A stretch of DNA of 64,000 nt from Candidatus Thorarchaeota archaeon. Its GTDB lineage: Archaea > Asgardarchaeota > Thorarchaeia > Thorarchaeales > Thorarchaeaceae. Below are positions 59,637 through 64,000 of the stretch, piece after piece. The stretch is from positions 1-64,000 of the forward strand of contig JAFGAR010000005.1 of the NCBI GenBank assembly GCA_016933575.1. The letters run 5' to 3'. The notes under the pieces are model-generated. The model made no database searches. It saw nothing but the letters and a program-made list of their open reading frames with translations, and was not told where the DNA came from. The position numbers were made by a program, and so were the translations under genes. How positions within the stretch are numbered: the first letter of the stretch is position 1; the number at the start of each line of letters is the position of its first letter.

Positions 59637-60629
59637 ATGAATCTAGGTGACTTGGGCGAACGAGGGTTTCTTGCGAGAATCAGCAACTATGTCAATCTCA
59701 TCAAGGGTGCTCGATTAGGTTTTGATGATGATGCCTCGGATATACCCCTCACGCCGGAGCAGAACCTTGTCATCAATGTTGATACCTTTGTTCGTAAGAC
59801 GGATTGGCTTCCTGGTATGTCTGCTGCTCAAGTAGGTCGTAAGACTGCCGTAATGGCTCTCAGTGACCTTGCTGCAAAAGGTGCAAGACCCCTTGCAACC
59901 ATGCTATCTCTATGCGTTCCAGAGCATTTTGATACATCAGAAGCTGATGAGATTGTGCGTGGTTTCTCTCAATATTGTGTGAAATCTGGGATTCCCTTTA
60001 TTGGTGGTGATATGGGAATGGCATTGGATGTGGTTCTCACAGCTGTAGCTATAGGCACTGCACATCCAGATACAATCATTGCCCGTAGTGGAGCAAAGGC
60101 TGGGGATATTCTTGCTGTCACTGGCTATTTCGGACTTACCTCAGTTGCCTATGAGATGCTAATCAACGGATGCGAGGCTGATCCTGAACTACACAAGAAT
60201 GCACTTCTTGCTGCATACAAACCGACCATTGACTTGGGCATCGTTTCCGTTCTTGCAGAGAGTAGAGCAGTCACTGCATCAATGGATAGTAGTGATGGTC
60301 TGGGTATCACACTCAACACCTTGGCGAAACAGAGCAATGTTGCATTTGTTATTGATACTCTTCCTTCAGATAGGGGTGTCGAGATCTTTGCTCGAATGAA
60401 TATGATGGATGAAATGAAGTTTGTAATGATGGGCGGCGAAGAATTTCACTTGGTATTGACCATACCACATGATAAGTTCGAAATAGCGCAAGCTATTGCA
60501 GCGTCAAGACATGTTCCTCTAATTGAGATTGGTCACGTTCAGGAAGGCGATAAGGTTGTATACGAATCCTCTGAGGGCTATGTTGATGTCCCTTCTGCTG
60601 GTTATGATAATTTCAAGGAATGGGGCTGA
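59637..60629 (+). CDS. thiL: Thiamine-monophosphate kinase
   Basis: LGERGFL, DDDA, LSDLAAKGARP, IGGD, MDSSDGL, GGEEF. Confidence 0.92.
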   Translation: MNLGDLGERGFLARISNYVNLIKGARLGFDDDASDIPLTPEQNLVINVDTFVRKTDWLPGMSAAQVGRKTAVMALSDLAAKGARPLATMLSLCVPEHFDTSEADEIVRGFSQYCVKSGIPFIGGDMGMALDVVLTAVAIGTAHPDTIIARSGAKAGDILAVTGYFGLTSVAYEMLINGCEADPELHKNALLAAYKPTIDLGIVSVLAESRAVTASMDSSDGLGITLNTLAKQSNVAFVIDTLPSDRGVEIFARMNMMDEMKFVMMGGEEFHLVLTIPHDKFEIAQAIAASRHVPLIEIGHVQEGDKVVYESSEGYVDVPSAGYDNFKEWG

Positions 60630-60645
60630 TTCGGAGTAGATTCTA

Positions 60646-62373
60646 GTGAAACCAGTTGAGCACATCGGGCTGATTGATGGGTATGTAGATGAGCCCACGG
60701 TGTTAGGAGTTCCACCCTATATGAGCATCTACCCTCGATACATATCTGGAGCAGTATGGTCCGTCAGTCCTCATACTCAAATTCACTATCAGGCAATTGA
60801 TCAAGTTCGAGTGAGTTTTGCGAATGCACAGACCTTCTGGTCAAAGATGGACCTTCTCATTCTCATTGCAGGAATGATTGTCCCGGGGAAATACATTGGA
60901 GGAACCCCCATTTCAGTCCGCGAGGCAAGATCTCTTTTCTCTGCGCCATCTCTGGAGGATATTCCAAAGATTTTGGTAGGGCCTTGGGCAAAATTTGGTT
61001 GTGGGCTTGAGGGTGGTAAAATTGCACTTAGTTCAGACACCTTAGCTCCACCCTTTGACTATATCATTAAGGGTGACCCAGAAATAGTCCTTGCTCGTAG
61101 TCTTGCATCGTCAACCAGCTTCGAAGATGCTGATCTTAACTATACACGAACAAGTGCAAGGGAGATTGAGCCTTATACAACAAAGGGTGCACATATTGTG
61201 CCTCAATTTCCTGGCTTCTCGATTGGTCACATCATTTGTGAGATTGAGACTTATCGTGGGTGCCCTAGATATCTGACTGGCGGCTGTTCGTTCTGTGTTG
61301 AACCCTCGTATGGTATTCCTCAACAAAGGACCGTCGAATCTATTGTAAGTGAAATTGAGGAGCTCTATAGGTTAGGAGTCCGCGCATTTCGACTTGGTCA
61401 TCAAGCAGATCTTTTCACATATGGTTCCTCAGAGATTGGCGAAGTTGAGTTTCCAACTCCAGATGCAGCCGCCATTGAGCATCTTTTCTCTGGAATTCGA
61501 ATGGTAGCTCCTGACCTTGGTGTACTGCACATCGATAATGTGAATCCAGGAACAATTGCACAACATCCAGAGGAATCAAAACAAGTCGCAAAAGTGATCA
61601 TAAGATATCATACTCCTGGTGATGTGGCAGCATTTGGGGTTGAATCAACAGACCCCGAAGTGATACGTAGAAACAATCTCAAGGCAGATGTTGATGAAGT
61701 GCTCTCTGCTATTCGGCTCTTGAATGAGATTGGTGGAATGCGTAATCCTTGGGGTCTACCGCACCTCCTCCCAGGAATCAACTTGCTCTACGGATTGCCT
61801 GGCGAATCTACAAGAACTATAGAACACAACATGGATTTTCTCACACAGGTTCTAAATGAAGGTCTTCTGATCAGAAGGATAAATGTACGACAGGTGATTG
61901 GACTTGAGGGAACTAGTCTCGGGACAAATTCTGGAACACGTATCAAGAGGAACCAATTCTTCAGACATAAAGAGGAGATACGAACAACTATCGATCTTGA
62001 GATGATACGAAAAGTTGCGCCTCCAGGTACTGTTCTCACATCAGTGTTTCTTGAAGATGAAGAAGGAAACCATTACCTGCTTCGTCAACTTGGAACCTAT
62101 CCCCTACTCTGTCATATGCCTAAGACTGATGGACTAATACCTAATGATGTATTTGTAGTAGATCATGGACCAAGATCTCTCACTGTCTTACCCTATCCAT
62201 TCATCCCCCAAGAGGCATCCCTTTCGCAATGGAAGGCAATCTCTGGAATCGGTGCCAAACGTGCTACCAGAATCAAATCAATTGCTTCACCTAAAAATCT
62301 GGATGATATTCAACAGGTTCTTGATATGGAACTTCCAGAATGGCTTTCCCGAACTTTCCATTTTGAAAACTGA
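60646..62373 (+). CDS. Radical SAM protein with atypical Cx7Cx2C motif and C-terminal HhH
   Basis: IDGYVDEPTVLGVPPY, EIETYRGCPRYLTGGCSFC, HIDNVNP, ISGIGAKRA. Confidence 0.85.
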   Translation: MKPVEHIGLIDGYVDEPTVLGVPPYMSIYPRYISGAVWSVSPHTQIHYQAIDQVRVSFANAQTFWSKMDLLILIAGMIVPGKYIGGTPISVREARSLFSAPSLEDIPKILVGPWAKFGCGLEGGKIALSSDTLAPPFDYIIKGDPEIVLARSLASSTSFEDADLNYTRTSAREIEPYTTKGAHIVPQFPGFSIGHIICEIETYRGCPRYLTGGCSFCVEPSYGIPQQRTVESIVSEIEELYRLGVRAFRLGHQADLFTYGSSEIGEVEFPTPDAAAIEHLFSGIRMVAPDLGVLHIDNVNPGTIAQHPEESKQVAKVIIRYHTPGDVAAFGVESTDPEVIRRNNLKADVDEVLSAIRLLNEIGGMRNPWGLPHLLPGINLLYGLPGESTRTIEHNMDFLTQVLNEGLLIRRINVRQVIGLEGTSLGTNSGTRIKRNQFFRHKEEIRTTIDLEMIRKVAPPGTVLTSVFLEDEEGNHYLLRQLGTYPLLCHMPKTDGLIPNDVFVVDHGPRSLTVLPYPFIPQEASLSQWKAISGIGAKRATRIKSIASPKNLDDIQQVLDMELPEWLSRTFHFEN

Positions 62374-62376
62374 AAA

Positions 62377-62485
62377 TGGCGGGCCCGGTGTGATTCGAAC
62401 ACACGGTCTCCAACTTAGAAGGCTGGCGCCCTATATACCAAAGAACACATAGAATGTGTATGTTTCCTGGCTAGGCAACGGGCCC
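62377..62485 (-). tRNA. tRNA-Arg(TCT) with 31-nt intron (62435-62465) in the D loop (about position 19/20)
   Basis: CCAGC-CT-TCT-AA-GTTGG anticodon arm; BHB CCTA-GCCA-GG^A...TGGT-AT^A-TAGG; spliced D arm GCCTAGCCAGGATAGGGC; CCA encoded. Confidence 0.9.
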
Positions 62486-62580
62486 TGCAATTTTCGACTT
62501 TTTTGTTTGGACATAAAGCTTTCCGATAGGCACTATATATTCAATGAAACCCCCTGCGTCAGACCAAAGCTTTATTAAGT

Positions 62581-62612
62581 TACAAAGTACTTTGCAATAC
62601 AAAGCACTTTGC
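62581..62612 (+). promoter_or_regulatory. Tandem palindromic operator TACAAAG(T/C)ACTTTGC x2
   Basis: 62581-62595 and 62598-62612; core CAAAGTACTTTG is a perfect palindrome; lies between TTTATTAA box and ATG 62625. Confidence 0.7.
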
Positions 62613-62624
62613 TGCGTGATTACA

Positions 62625-63254
62625 ATGAACGAACACCAGGATCTAAAAATGATTGAACAGGAATCTTATTGTGAATTGATGCAGGATGGCCTTACAGAAG
62701 TCCTTCTAGGTCTAGTCTTTCTAGTTCTCCCTCTTCTTCTATTTGAGCCAAGTTTCGTAGGGATATTTGTTGTCTTCTACATCATATTGATGCCTCAAGC
62801 GATTGAATCATTCAGAAAGAAGCACACCTATCCTCGTATAGGATATGTGAAATTACAAGAAGAAGAAGCTCCAAAACTCTCTCTTGGAGTAGCAATGGTC
62901 GTACTTGTAATATTCATCATTATCATCGTTGTCGTGCATGGTCTTTTTACCAATTTGATTGATCGATTTTTCATATATAGATGGTTACCTGCAGTCTTTG
63001 GTTTCATTATGTGGGGTCCATCATTGTATCTGAAAGACAAGACTGGGCAAAGCAAATACTATCTGTTTGGTCTTTTCATGTCAGTCACTGGTATTATGAT
63101 TGGCCTAGCAGACTTCTCAACAGTAAATATCCAAGGAGCCCTCTATATGCTCAGCTGGGGGACCTTTTTTGTAGTATTGGGACTGTTACGATTCCTTCTC
63201 TTCATACGTAAATACCCTGTTCTGGAGAATCCCGAGGATGATATAGATGAGTAA
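62625..63254 (+). CDS. Hypothetical polytopic membrane protein
   Basis: QDGLTEVLLG...KKHTYPRIGYVK...FLLFIRKYP; about 6 TM; overlaps the downstream HTH gene. Confidence 0.75.
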   Translation: MNEHQDLKMIEQESYCELMQDGLTEVLLGLVFLVLPLLLFEPSFVGIFVVFYIILMPQAIESFRKKHTYPRIGYVKLQEEEAPKLSLGVAMVVLVIFIIIIVVVHGLFTNLIDRFFIYRWLPAVFGFIMWGPSLYLKDKTGQSKYYLFGLFMSVTGIMIGLADFSTVNIQGALYMLSWGTFFVVLGLLRFLLFIRKYPVLENPEDDIDE

Positions 63255-63558
63255 TGATGATAACAGTCCTGTAGAAATTGATAAACTAATTCACGAACCA
63301 GCTCGCCTCCAGATTATGACTCATCTCTATGTTGTAGAGGCGGCTGACTTTCTCTTCCTAATGAGAAAGACGGGACTTACTTGGGGAAACCTATCCTCAC
63401 ATATGACTAAACTTGAAGAAGCAGAATATATCGAAGTGAAAAAGGAGTTCTTGGACAAGAAGCCTCATACTGTACTAAAATTGACCGATATCGGGAGAAC
63501 TGCATTCGAAAAATATCGTGGTGCAATTGAAAAGGTCTTTGAAGACCTTCCCAATTAG
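63247..63558 (+). CDS. Winged-helix (ArsR/MarR-like) transcription regulator
   Basis: IDKLIHEPARLQIM...LTWGNLSSHMTKLEEAEYI...LTDIGRTAF. Confidence 0.9.
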   Translation: MSNDDNSPVEIDKLIHEPARLQIMTHLYVVEAADFLFLMRKTGLTWGNLSSHMTKLEEAEYIEVKKEFLDKKPHTVLKLTDIGRTAFEKYRGAIEKVFEDLPN

Positions 63559-63568
63559 GTTGGGACCA

Positions 63569-63591
63569 GGGGAGGGAGAAAATCCCTCCTC
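63569..63591. terminator. GC-rich hairpin between convergent genes
   Basis: ggggaggga-gaaaa-tccctcctc inverted repeat. Confidence 0.5.
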
Positions 63592-63596
63592 ACAGT

Positions 63597-64000
63597 CTAT
63601 TTATACACAACTTTCAAGTCTGTTACAAGCTTGATACATGATCCAATCAGACAGTTACCAATTGGACAATTAGCGTGTGCCACTTCAAACAGTTTCTCTA
63701 GGCGGTCTTCCTTCACACCTTTCTCAACTGTCACAGTAGTAGCAATCTCGATTGTAGTGAACCGGCTCATCGCTGTTGCATCATCAGTCTCATAGTGTCC
63801 TATGATTTCTGACTGAATATCGATTGGATCAATGTGAGCACTTTTCATCGCAATCTCGAAAACAAGATTAACACAAGCCCCAATAGATGCAAGAAATAGA
63901 TGATGCGGACTTGTTGAACCTGGGTGGTCTTTCAACATTGGTGGCGGACATGCTGTTGTACTCTGGTGACCACCAAGAGTGATTGCATGTACTTTCTCTG
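63597..64000 (-). CDS. OsmC/Ohr family protein (5'-truncated by window edge)
   Basis: SPHHLFLASIGAC...AHANCPIG two-Cys pattern; frame open to the window end. Confidence 0.8.
   Translation of the reverse strand, partial: EKVHAITLGGHQSTTACPPPMLKDHPGSTSPHHLFLASIGACVNLVFEIAMKSAHIDPIDIQSEIIGHYETDDATAMSRFTTIEIATTVTVEKGVKEDRLEKLFEVAHANCPIGNCLIGSCIKLVTDLKVVYK

Noticed and set aside
121-63211. Numerous 60-170 aa ORFs antisense to or nested in recognised genes
   Set aside because: No motifs or SD support; explained as shadow frames

Overview
Gene-dense, mostly housekeeping archaeal DNA. By inference it is an Asgard archaeon, probably Thorarchaeia: it has a ribophorin-I-like protein, an arrestin-fold protein, RPA32-like and crenarchaeal-type SSB proteins, and GGAGG/GGTGA ribosome-binding sites. 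Housekeeping content: translation and ribosome biogenesis (rpl10e, DRG GTPase, SRP54, EF-1beta, aIF2beta, NMD3-aIF1A-RIO1-Dim2), topoisomerase VI, FEN1, Hef, CDC48, a split A/V-ATPase F-A-//-B block, DeoC-AOR, glycine cleavage P1/P2, tRNA-modification enzymes and surface-glycan genes. There are four tRNA genes; three carry bulge-helix-bulge (BHB) introns at non-canonical positions. Top candidate for an undescribed system: a 995-aa membrane-anchored protein with a DOMON domain interrupted by an FKBP prolyl-isomerase domain, then an Ig-like domain and a ribophorin-I (OST1)-like region, encoded head-to-head with the AglH/DPAGT1 enzyme that starts N-glycan synthesis. Other leads: an SSB with a TAF15/FUS-like GGYGGDRR tail, a VirB2/pilin-like protein plus UDG inside the ATPase operon, a DeoC with a 2xCxxC tail next to AOR, a decayed tRNA-Thr-anchored islet, and two candidate structured RNAs flanking a CDGSH gene. 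All calls are from motif recognition by eye; no searches were run. No CRISPR array, rRNA or intact mobile element was seen.
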